Origin: Minisyncoccia bacterium
Lineage (GTDB): Bacteria; Patescibacteriota; Minisyncoccia; UBA6257; 2-01-FULL-56-20
Reading direction: 5' to 3'
Length of the DNA stretch: 64,000 nucleotides
NCBI GenBank assembly: GCA_050008535.1
Contig: JBEKML010000002.1
Location: forward strand, 24,732 to 88,731
In this document: one piece after another, positions 10,094 to 18,173 of the stretch
How positions within the stretch are numbered: the first letter of the stretch is position 1
Layout of the letters: every line of letters starts with the position of its first letter
Program-made: the position numbers and the translations under genes
Notes under the pieces: generated by a model
What the model saw: only the letters and a program-made list of their open reading frames with translations
Told to the model about the DNA's origin: nothing
Databases searched by the model: none

Positions 10094-10258
10094 GGCAAGC
10101 GCCAGGCCGCAATGGTCTTTGCGGGTACGGGTGTCGGCGTGCTCCAGCGGCACGCCGCACCCTGCTCTCTCGGCGCGGCGACTCCGCGCAGACGCGGAGA
10201 CCAAGCTCGCCGCGCCTCCGAGAGCCCCCGCCAAGACCATTGCGGCCTGGTGCTTGCC
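10094..10258. repeat. 165-bp branched palindromic element
   Basis: 32-nt terminal inverted arms (30/32 match) enclosing two internal hairpins. Confidence 0.88.
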
Positions 10259-10288
10259 CCATGTACGATTCTGTAAGATAATCCCAGC

Positions 10289-11149
10289 ATGAAAGATTAT
10301 TCTAAAAAGTTAAAAGAATACGACAAAGAAAAGATCACGCTCATTAAACATCAGTGGGGTCAAAACGCGACTTCTCTCTATAACCAAGTTGTTCAAGCTT
10401 GGGACCATATTCCTTTTGGCAAAAAAATTGCTATTATTTCCTATAAAAAATTTGGGATGAAAAGTGCCCTAACCTTTTTCAAAAAGAACGGCTTAGTATG
10501 TGAGGTTGTGGGCAAAGGACCCGACGGCCTAAGGCTCGTTGAATGCGAAAAGAAGGAACATAACCATTTAAAACCTATAGAAATATCAAATATAGTGAAG
10601 TTTGATTTTCTCGGGAAAAGTTATAAAGCTGACGTTGGAAGCTCCATCTTTTCTAAAACAGGTCTTGATAAAGGAACAAGATTTCTTCTGGAATCATTCT
10701 TTTCTTGGGATATTGATCTCAATGGAAAAGAAGTCGTCGATATGGGAACGGGGTGGGGCGCAATATCTATAATCATCGCCAATGAATTTCCAAAAGCTCG
10801 AATTACCGCATATGAAAAGGATGATGCATCTTTCGAGGCGGCCAAAGAAAATCTTTCAGGATTTTCGCAAGTAAACGTAAAGCAAGTCGATCTTGCTCAA
10901 AATATCAAACGGCAACGTGGGACATTCGATTATATTTTATCCAACCCTCCGTTTCATGTTACCACCGAAGAGAGGCATAGGATTTTTAAATATGCAGATA
11001 GTTTATTAAAAAAGAAGGGTGAGATGATCTTTGTCGTAGAAAATTCTTTTACTAATCGATTTGCCCTCACCGCAAAATCTTTTTTTGACATCCTGCAAGA
11101 AGAGAAAAACGCTGATTATAGTGTACTCAGATGTAGGAAGTTTGATTAG
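10289..11149 (+). CDS. Class I SAM-dependent methyltransferase (RsmC/MTS-like), AT-rich
   Basis: IFSKTGLDKGTRFLL, DMGTGWG and NPPF motifs. Confidence 0.88.
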   Translation: MKDYSKKLKEYDKEKITLIKHQWGQNATSLYNQVVQAWDHIPFGKKIAIISYKKFGMKSALTFFKKNGLVCEVVGKGPDGLRLVECEKKEHNHLKPIEISNIVKFDFLGKSYKADVGSSIFSKTGLDKGTRFLLESFFSWDIDLNGKEVVDMGTGWGAISIIIANEFPKARITAYEKDDASFEAAKENLSGFSQVNVKQVDLAQNIKRQRGTFDYILSNPPFHVTTEERHRIFKYADSLLKKKGEMIFVVENSFTNRFALTAKSFFDILQEEKNADYSVLRCRKFD

Positions 11150-11323
11150 TGTCTCCGCTTGTGCTTGCGAAACCACGCGGGAGGGCGAGGGAGAAATCCG
11201 CGAGCGAATAGAAAATCCGCCGGGTACCCGGGAGCGGCGACCAGGGTGGCGGATTTTCGTATATGAGCGAGCTGGATTTCCCGAGTCCGAAGCAGGTTTC
11301 GCAAGCACAAGCGGAGACACTAA
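11146..11323. repeat. 178-bp palindromic, MITE-like element
   Basis: 29-bp perfect terminal inverted repeats (ttagtgtctccgcttgtgcttgcgaaacc) with nested internal stems. Confidence 0.9.
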
Positions 11324-11324
11324 C

Positions 11325-13511
11325 TTACTCCAAGTGGATATCTTTCTGGAACTCGGCGAGTTTTGCTTTGAGCGGGAGATAGGTTTTGAGCGAGGGATCG
11401 CTTTGGACGAGCACAAGGGCGGCTTCGCGGCTCGCCTTCACGAGTTCGGGGTCCTGGAGCGCGCCCATCGCAACATCGGGAAGCCCCGTTTGTATTTCGC
11501 CGAAGAATTGGCCGGGACCGCGGAGCGCAAGGTCTTTTTCGGCCAGTTCAAAACCGTTCTTCGCTTCAAGGATCGCTTTGAGCCGCGCATTCGCCGCCTT
11601 CGCATCAGAATCCGCCATGAGGAAGCAATATGATTGATATTCGCCGCGGCCGACGCGCCCGCGGAACTGGTAGAGCTGGGCAAGCCCGAACCGTTCGGCG
11701 CCCTCGATCATCATAATAGAGGCGTTCGGCACGTCCACGCCGACCTCCACGACCGACGTTGCGACCATGATGTCAAATTCCCGCGCCTTGAACTTTTTCA
11801 TGACATCCTCTTTTTCTTTGCCCTTCATCTGGCCGTGGAGCATGGCAATCTTAAGATCGGGAAAAATTTTCGTACGCAATTTTTCGTATTCTTCTTTCAC
11901 CGATTTCATTTCCAGATTTGCAATGGTCCGCTTGTCTATTTTCGCTACGGTATCTGGTTGGCCGTTATTCTGCGCTTCGCTTTTTTCTATCCGCGGGCAG
12001 ATGACGAACACCTGCCGTCCTTCGCCGATCTCTCGTTTCACGAATGCGTAGGTTGCCTGCCGCCCGATCGGCAGGACGATTTTTGTTTCGATGGGCTTCC
12101 GCCCACCCGGGAGTTCGGTGATGAGCGAAAGGTCGAGGTCGCCGAACACCGTGAGCATAAGCGTGCGCGGAATGGGCGTGGCTGACATGCTCAAGAAGTG
12201 GGGGATGAATCCGCCTTTTTTCTTCGCAAGTTCCGCGCGCTGGCGCACGCCGAAGCGGTGTTGTTCATCAATGATGACCAAGCCGAGATTTTTGAACGCC
12301 ACGGTTTTTTCTATAAGCGCGTGCGTGCCAAAAACGATCGCAATCTCGCCTGCGGCCACTTTTTTGCTCATTTCCGGTTTTGTGACGGGCGCCGCGACAT
12401 CATTTTCATAAAACACCGTGGCACCGCTTCCCGTCACGAGTCCGATCGCTGGCTGGTATTCGGCCGGCATCCGGGCGAGCAGTTCCTTCATCGTTTCAAA
12501 ATGCTGGCGCGCAAGGATCTCGGTCGGCGCCATAAATGCCGTCTGGCAGCCGTTCTCCGCTGTCGTCATCGCGGCCACTGCCGCAACGACCGTTTTCCCC
12601 GATCCCACGTCCCCTTGAAGCAGCCGGTTCATCGGCCGCGGTTTTGCGAGGTCCTTCATGATCTCCCATAGCGATTTCTTTTGCGAAACCGTGAGTTCGA
12701 ACGGCAGCGCGGCAAGGATCGTTTTCACTTTTTCTATGTCCGCCGTGATGACGGGCGCTTTCTCCTCTGCGAGTTTGAGCTTCTGTTTCAGATTCACGAT
12801 CTGGAGAAGGAAGAGGTCTTCAAAAGAAAACCGCTTCTGCGCCGCGGCGGCATCCGCGAGCTGCTTCGGGAAATGGATCGTGCGGATCGCCTGGTTGATC
12901 TCCGGGAAATTGAGCTTTGCGAGCGTGGGCTGCGGGATCCATTCTTTGAGCGGGAGCGCGCGCTTGATAATGGACTGCATAATGAAGCGCAGGCCGCGCG
13001 ACGTGAGGCCGCGCGTTTCGGGATAAACGGGAACGAGCCGCGCCGTGTGGGTGGTTTCCCGGGGAGCCGCAGCTTCGTTCCCGCGGAGCACTTCGTACGC
13101 TGGATGGCTCAAGTACCGCTCACCATCGTCCGCAAGAGAAACTTTTCCGGCAAAATTCGCGCGCCTGCCCACTTTCAAAATATTCGCCACGTACGGCTGG
13201 TTGAACCAAATTGCGCGGATCACACCGCTCTCATCCGCGATCATCGCTTCAACAATGCTCATGTGCCTGCGCCAGCTCTGGCTCGCGTGCACCTCTTCAA
13301 TGATGCCTTGGACGGTCGCCTGTTGGCCGGGTTCCAGATCGGCGATGGAATATATTTTTGAGAAATCCTCGTAGCGGGAAGGGAAGTGCCAAAGGAGATC
13401 GCGGATATTTTTAATGCCGAGCTGTTCAAGCCGCCGCAAGAACGCGGACTTCGCGCCAAGCACTTCATACAACGGGGTATCAAGCGCAACCTGCGGCATA
13501 GTTTTGCCCAT
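11325..13511 (-). CDS. recG: ATP-dependent DNA helicase RecG
   Basis: RLLQGDVGSGKT, DEQHRFG, SATPIPRT, QFRGRVGR motifs. Confidence 0.97.
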   Translation of the reverse strand: MGKTMPQVALDTPLYEVLGAKSAFLRRLEQLGIKNIRDLLWHFPSRYEDFSKIYSIADLEPGQQATVQGIIEEVHASQSWRRHMSIVEAMIADESGVIRAIWFNQPYVANILKVGRRANFAGKVSLADDGERYLSHPAYEVLRGNEAAAPRETTHTARLVPVYPETRGLTSRGLRFIMQSIIKRALPLKEWIPQPTLAKLNFPEINQAIRTIHFPKQLADAAAAQKRFSFEDLFLLQIVNLKQKLKLAEEKAPVITADIEKVKTILAALPFELTVSQKKSLWEIMKDLAKPRPMNRLLQGDVGSGKTVVAAVAAMTTAENGCQTAFMAPTEILARQHFETMKELLARMPAEYQPAIGLVTGSGATVFYENDVAAPVTKPEMSKKVAAGEIAIVFGTHALIEKTVAFKNLGLVIIDEQHRFGVRQRAELAKKKGGFIPHFLSMSATPIPRTLMLTVFGDLDLSLITELPGGRKPIETKIVLPIGRQATYAFVKREIGEGRQVFVICPRIEKSEAQNNGQPDTVAKIDKRTIANLEMKSVKEEYEKLRTKIFPDLKIAMLHGQMKGKEKEDVMKKFKAREFDIMVATSVVEVGVDVPNASIMMIEGAERFGLAQLYQFRGRVGRGEYQSYCFLMADSDAKAANARLKAILEAKNGFELAEKDLALRGPGQFFGEIQTGLPDVAMGALQDPELVKASREAALVLVQSDPSLKTYLPLKAKLAEFQKDIHLE

Positions 13512-13553
13512 AGTATACCATGCCGTGTATGATTAGGGAAAACACGACGCACG

Positions 13554-14411
13554 ATGGGCATTCTTCTTGCCATAACGGCGCTCTTCTCCTGGGGCTTGGG
13601 AGATTTTCTGATAGAAAAAAGCACGCGGAAGTTCGGCGATTGGATCGCGCTCTTTTATATCACCGCGTTCGGGGCGGTCATCCTCTTTCCGTTCGTCTAC
13701 CGCGACATTATCCCTGCGTTCACGGCGAACAGTTTTATTCTTTGGATAACCAGCCTTGTCATCTTCCTTGCCGCGCTTTTCAATCTTCACGCGTTGCGGG
13801 TGGGGAAGATATCCGTGGTGGAACCGATATTCGCCTTTGAGGTGCCCGTCGCTGGATTTCTGGCCGCTTTTCTCCTTAATGAGCGATTGAGCTTCGCCCA
13901 GATCTTTTTCATCGCAGCGCTCGTCATCGGCATTATCCTCGTTTCCACGCGCTCGTTCAGCCATTTCAAAAACATCCGCACGGAAAAAGGCGTGGGATAT
14001 GCGGTCGTCGGCACGATCGGCTTGGGCATTTCCGGCTTCCTCTACGGTCTCGGTTCGCGGGAAACAAGTCCGCTCATGATCAACTGGGTGAGCAATGCTT
14101 TCATGGCCGTCATCACTTTCTTTTACCTCACCGCGACCGGGAAACTTGCGGGGATCGCGGGGGACTTCAAAGAGAACAAACGCCTGATCCTGAACGTCAG
14201 TTTTTTTGATAACCTCGCGTGGATCACGTTCTCGTATGCGACGCTTTACATCCCCATTGCGATCGCGATGGGCGTGAGCGAGGGATACATTGCCTTCGCG
14301 GGAGGATTAGGGCTGCTTTTCAATAAAGAGAAACTGAAAGTCCACCAGTGGGTCGGCTTCTGCCTTGCCGCGGTGGCCGTCGTCGTGCTCGCGGTGATTA
14401 CAGACAAATAA
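13554..14411 (+). CDS. EamA/DMT-family transporter
   Basis: About 10 TM helices in two EamA-like repeats. Confidence 0.85.
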   Translation: MGILLAITALFSWGLGDFLIEKSTRKFGDWIALFYITAFGAVILFPFVYRDIIPAFTANSFILWITSLVIFLAALFNLHALRVGKISVVEPIFAFEVPVAGFLAAFLLNERLSFAQIFFIAALVIGIILVSTRSFSHFKNIRTEKGVGYAVVGTIGLGISGFLYGLGSRETSPLMINWVSNAFMAVITFFYLTATGKLAGIAGDFKENKRLILNVSFFDNLAWITFSYATLYIPIAIAMGVSEGYIAFAGGLGLLFNKEKLKVHQWVGFCLAAVAVVVLAVITDK

Positions 14412-14414
14412 AAC

Positions 14415-14484
14415 GCAGCAACGCCAGAGGGTTTTGAAACGAGCCCTTCTTAGTACTCGTTTCAAAACCCTCTGGCGTTGCTGC
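14415..14484. repeat. tRNA-associated long hairpin, copy 2
   Basis: 29-bp perfect inverted repeat with a 12-nt loop (cccttcttagta). Confidence 0.9.
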
Positions 14485-14491
14485 TGTCTTG

Positions 14492-14564
14492 TGCCCCCAC
14501 CAGGACTCGAACCTGGAACCTTCTCCTTAAGAGGGAGCAGCTCTGCCAATTGAGCTATAGGGGC
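14492..14564 (-). tRNA. tRNA-Lys(CTT)
   Basis: Cloverleaf; anticodon loop CTCTTAA; no encoded CCA. Confidence 0.93.
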
Positions 14565-14629
14565 GACAATCACTCCCATTTTATGGGGAGCGCGAAAAAA
14601 ATGCAATTACTGCTTCTTCTTTCTTGCTG

Positions 14630-14703
14630 TGCGCCCGTGAGGAGTTGAACCTCAAACCTCGTGGTTCGAAGCCACGCGCTCTATCCAGTTGAGCTACGGG
14701 CGC
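14630..14703 (-). tRNA. tRNA-Arg(TCG)
   Basis: Anticodon arm CGTGG-CTTCGAA-CCACG. Confidence 0.94.
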
Positions 14704-14751
14704 AGAGGGGTGAACCGCCCCGCTTCCACTTCCAATGGTACAATGAGTGTT

Positions 14752-15393
14752 ATGAATGTTGCAATCGTCATTTTTGAATTTATCGTTTTGATCTTTTCCG
14801 CGGTGCTGCATGAGATAGCGCACGGTTACGAGGCCGAACGGCTGGGAGATCCCACGGCGCGGAACGCCGGGCGGCTGACGATCAATCCCTTAGTACATCT
14901 TGATCCTTTTGGCTCTGTCCTCCTGCCGCTCCTTTTGTATCTCGCTTCGGGCGGCGCGTTCTTTTTTGCCGTTGCGAAGCCCGTGCCCTATGATCCGCGC
15001 AATCTGAAAGATCCGCGAAGCGGTTCCGCAAAGATCGCGCTTGCGGGGCCGGGCACGAATTTTCTTCTCGCAATCGTCTTCGGCATCGCGATCCGCATTC
15101 TTGCCTATATCCCCGCCGTGCCGGATGCTTTCCTCTCGCTTCTCGCCGTCATCGTATTTATCAATATTCTTCTCGGTATTTTCAATCTGGTGCCCATTCC
15201 GCCACTCGACGGTTCGCGCGTGCTCTTCGCCGCGCTCCCGCAGACGCAGAGAACGTTCCGCGCGATGTATTTCTTGGAGCGCTGGGGATTGGTGCTTGTA
15301 CTCGTTTTTGTGTTCTTCGGATTCGGCGTGCTGATGCCGATGGTGAATTTTCTCTTTCAGCTTTTTACCGGACAGTCGCTCGGGTTATCTTAG
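14752..15393 (+). CDS. Site-2 protease (M50 family)
   Basis: HEIAH, AGP and NLVPIPPLDG motifs; alternative start at 14743. Confidence 0.93.
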   Translation: MNVAIVIFEFIVLIFSAVLHEIAHGYEAERLGDPTARNAGRLTINPLVHLDPFGSVLLPLLLYLASGGAFFFAVAKPVPYDPRNLKDPRSGSAKIALAGPGTNFLLAIVFGIAIRILAYIPAVPDAFLSLLAVIVFINILLGIFNLVPIPPLDGSRVLFAALPQTQRTFRAMYFLERWGLVLVLVFVFFGFGVLMPMVNFLFQLFTGQSLGLS

Positions 15394-15449
15394 AAATTTG
15401 ACAGATATTGGGCGCGTGTAGTAGGAATAATTCAGTTGGAGGGGAAGGC

Positions 15450-15989
15450 ATGATCAACATTCCCAACCTGTTGTCCGGCCTGCGGCTGGTTCTTGCCCCG
15501 TTCATCGTCTACGGTATCGCGACGGGACGGAACGCTCTGGCGCTTGTACTTTTCGCGATTGCCGCCATCACAGATCTTCTGGACGGCATGATCGCACGGA
15601 GGTTCAACCTTGCTACGGTTTTCGGGGAGCGGCTGGACCCGATCGCCGACAAAGCGCTCATGAGTAGCATCATTCTCGCGCTGGGATTTTCCGGCGCGGC
15701 GCCGTGGTGGTTCGTCACGATCGTCCTTGGCCGCGACGTCTTGATACTCATTGCGGTTGGGATATTCCTTGTTTTCGCGCAGGCACAGCGATTCCGGCCG
15801 AGCGTGTGGGGCAAGGCATCAACTCTTTTCCAGATCGTGGTCGTGGCGCTGCTTATGTGCGCGAAAGCTTTTCGGTGGACGGGGCTTTCTTCGTTCGTCG
15901 CTGCGGCAATCGTGGCATCGGCGGCGCTCACGGCGTGGAGCGGCATCCACTACGCGTGGCGTGGCGTTGCCATGATCAAAAAGCGCTAA
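15450..15989 (+). CDS. CDP-alcohol phosphatidyltransferase (PgsA/cardiolipin synthase-like)
   Basis: DLLDGMIARR...GERLDPIADK signature; GGAGG SD. Confidence 0.92.
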   Translation: MINIPNLLSGLRLVLAPFIVYGIATGRNALALVLFAIAAITDLLDGMIARRFNLATVFGERLDPIADKALMSSIILALGFSGAAPWWFVTIVLGRDVLILIAVGIFLVFAQAQRFRPSVWGKASTLFQIVVVALLMCAKAFRWTGLSSFVAAAIVASAALTAWSGIHYAWRGVAMIKKR

Positions 15990-16113
15990 AACAATCCCCT
16001 GGCCGTCTCGGCGGTCGGGGGATTCGCATTGTAAAACCAAGAGGTTTACATTGGCCGCTCGTCCGCGGAGCCGCTCGGAGGTGTTATAATGGGAACACGA
16101 TTTAATTTCTCAA

Positions 16114-16611
16114 ATGGACGTAGTAAGCCATATCTTAATAGGAACGGTTTTGGGATCGGCCTCGGCAGCATCTCCGGGAGATATCGCGACCATAACACTC
16201 TTCTCTTTATTGCCTGATTTGTTTCAAATACCCTTATATCTGCGCGTTGGGGAAGAATACCACCGCTATTTCTGGATATCTCACGATAAAGATTGGCGGG
16301 GCTTCAGGGGGCATCATCCTTTCTGGTCCGACCTATGGGAAATTCCTCATAGCTTGCTTTTTCTCGTTTTTATAATCACTCCTTTTGTGCTCTATTTCCA
16401 TCTCCCGCGCATGGCGATCGCCGCATATTTTTCGCATATTTTTATGGACATCTGGACCCATAAAGGCGAGTGGCGCATGAAGCCGTTTTATCCGTTCCGT
16501 TGGGAGATCAATGGGCTTACCAATATGTGGGCTTGGTCCTGGAGAAAGATGCTTGTTTCGTGGGCCGTCCTTGTAGCGCTTCTGATGATGGTGAACCGCC
16601 TTATAATATGA
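16114..16611 (+). CDS. YdjM-like membrane metal-dependent hydrolase
   Basis: SH, LPD, HSLLF and SHIFMD motifs. Confidence 0.75.
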   Translation: MDVVSHILIGTVLGSASAASPGDIATITLFSLLPDLFQIPLYLRVGEEYHRYFWISHDKDWRGFRGHHPFWSDLWEIPHSLLFLVFIITPFVLYFHLPRMAIAAYFSHIFMDIWTHKGEWRMKPFYPFRWEINGLTNMWAWSWRKMLVSWAVLVALLMMVNRLII

Positions 16612-16877
16612 ACGATCAGCATTCGCCGATAATCGACAAGCTCATTTATCTCGGGGGCATATTGGGTCCTCTTATGACCCTGCCGCAGCTTCTAAAAATT
16701 TGGATCGGGAAAAATGCCGTGGGCGTTTCCGCGATTTCGTGGTTCGCTTATGCCGTAGGTTCTTCCTTCTGGATCTGGTATGGATTACACCACAAACAAA
16801 AGCCGATCGTTTTTACCTACACCATTTTTCTTGTGATCGAAGTCCTTATTATCATTGGAACTTTCGTTTACGGCTAG
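16608..16877 (+). CDS. SemiSWEET/PQ-loop family transporter
   Basis: TLPQLLKIW...GVS...WIWYG, three TM helices. Confidence 0.85.
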   Translation: MNDQHSPIIDKLIYLGGILGPLMTLPQLLKIWIGKNAVGVSAISWFAYAVGSSFWIWYGLHHKQKPIVFTYTIFLVIEVLIIIGTFVYG

Positions 16878-16917
16878 GCGAGCAAAATGGGCTTCAAAAC
16901 ATATATCTCTTGCGCGG

Positions 16918-16988
16918 TGGACCTGAGGGGAATCGAACCCCTATCTGCCGGATGCAAACCGGCTGCTCTGCCACTAAGCTACAGGCCC
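16918..16988 (-). tRNA. tRNA-Ala(TGC)
   Basis: Anticodon arm GCCGG-TTTGCAT-CCGGC; G3-U70 acceptor pair. Confidence 0.94.
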
Positions 16989-17052
16989 TATCGCTCCGAT
17001 AATAGCGTTTTATTTGACACAAATCAATCTTTCGTCTACTATTCTTTAACGT

Positions 17053-17463
17053 ATGCCGACCATCGGACAGCTTATCAAGCGTGGAAGGAAGTCCCAGAAG
17101 GCGAAGACCAAGTCGCCTGCGTTGTCGTACTATTTTAATTCGATCAAGAATCGGCCGGTGGACTCGGGGTCGCCCTTCAAGCGCGGCGTATGCGTGAAGG
17201 TGTTTACGACGACGCCGAAGAAGCCGAACTCGGCCCTGCGGAAAGTGGCGCGCGTGCGGCTCACGAACGGCATGGAGATCACCGCCTATATTCCAGGCGA
17301 GGGGCATGCGTTGCAGGAGCACTCCATTGTGATGGTGCGTGGCGGGCGCGTGAAGGACCTTCCGGGCGTGCGGTACCATGTGGTGCGCGGCGTACTGGAT
17401 ACGACGGGCGTGGAGAACAGGAAACAGCAGCGGTCGAAGTATGGAGCGAAGAGACCCAAATAA
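17053..17463 (+). CDS. rpsL: 30S ribosomal protein S12
   Basis: [18 protein letters not shown]. Confidence 0.99.
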   Translation: MPTIGQLIKRGRKSQKAKTKSPALSYYFNSIKNRPVDSGSPFKRGVCVKVFTTTPKKPNSALRKVARVRLTNGMEITAYIPGEGHALQEHSIVMVRGGRVKDLPGVRYHVVRGVLDTTGVENRKQQRSKYGAKRPK

Positions 17464-17465
17464 TC

Positions 17466-17933
17466 ATGAGAAAAAAGCGCGTATATAAAAAGTATCATAA
17501 AGCAGATGCCATGCATGGCCGTGTTGAGCTCGGCCGGTTCATAAATTATGTAATGAAGGACGGGAAAAAGTCCGTGGCCGAACGCGTGGTCTACGGCGCA
17601 CTGGAGAAAGTGAGGGCGGTGACCAAGGAAGACCCGATCGTGGTTTTTGATAAAGCGATTGAAAATGCATCGCCCTTGCTCGAGGTGGCGTCCAAGCGCG
17701 TGGGCGGCGCGAACTACCAGGTACCCCGCGAGGTGCGTCCCGAACGGAGATTTATTTTGGCCGTACGCTGGATCATCGGCGCCGCCCGTTCAAAAAAGGG
17801 AAAACCGATGGCGGAGAAACTCGCAGATGAACTTATCGCCGCCTCAAAGAACGAAGGCGCCGCGATCAAAAAGAAACAGGACACGCACCGGATGGCCGAG
17901 GCGAACCGCGCCTTTGCGCACTTCGCGAGATAA
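17466..17933 (+). CDS. rpsG: 30S ribosomal protein S7
   Basis: RVGGANYQVP, HRMAEANRAFAHF. Confidence 0.98.
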   Translation: MRKKRVYKKYHKADAMHGRVELGRFINYVMKDGKKSVAERVVYGALEKVRAVTKEDPIVVFDKAIENASPLLEVASKRVGGANYQVPREVRPERRFILAVRWIIGAARSKKGKPMAEKLADELIAASKNEGAAIKKKQDTHRMAEANRAFAHFAR

Positions 17934-17934
17934 G

Positions 17935-18159
17935 ATGTATATCTTTGAGACTTTTTGGGCAATAAGTATCGTTTTTATCGTTGCGGGGACAATTATTTTC
18001 CGCAGGAATCAGCCCGTGGATGGCAAGATAACGTGGGCCAGAGACGCCGGATCATTTTTAATTGCCGCGGGAATAGTGTTGGGCTTTTATACTAGCCTCT
18101 TGTTTCTGCATGAATGTTGGAATGCGTGGGTGGATTTGCGAGCATTTGAATCAAGTTAA
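17935..18159 (+). CDS. Small 2-TM hypothetical protein inside the str operon
   Basis: MYIFETFWAISIVF..., 74 aa, coupled to the rpsG stop (TAAGATG). Confidence 0.6.
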   Translation: MYIFETFWAISIVFIVAGTIIFRRNQPVDGKITWARDAGSFLIAAGIVLGFYTSLLFLHECWNAWVDLRAFESS

Positions 18160-18173
18160 ATTATCATTAAATC

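Noticed and set aside
10094-11323. Canonical integron attC sites
   Set aside because: No RYYYAAC...GTTRRRY arrangement, the elements are longer than typical attC sites, and there is no integrase in the window.
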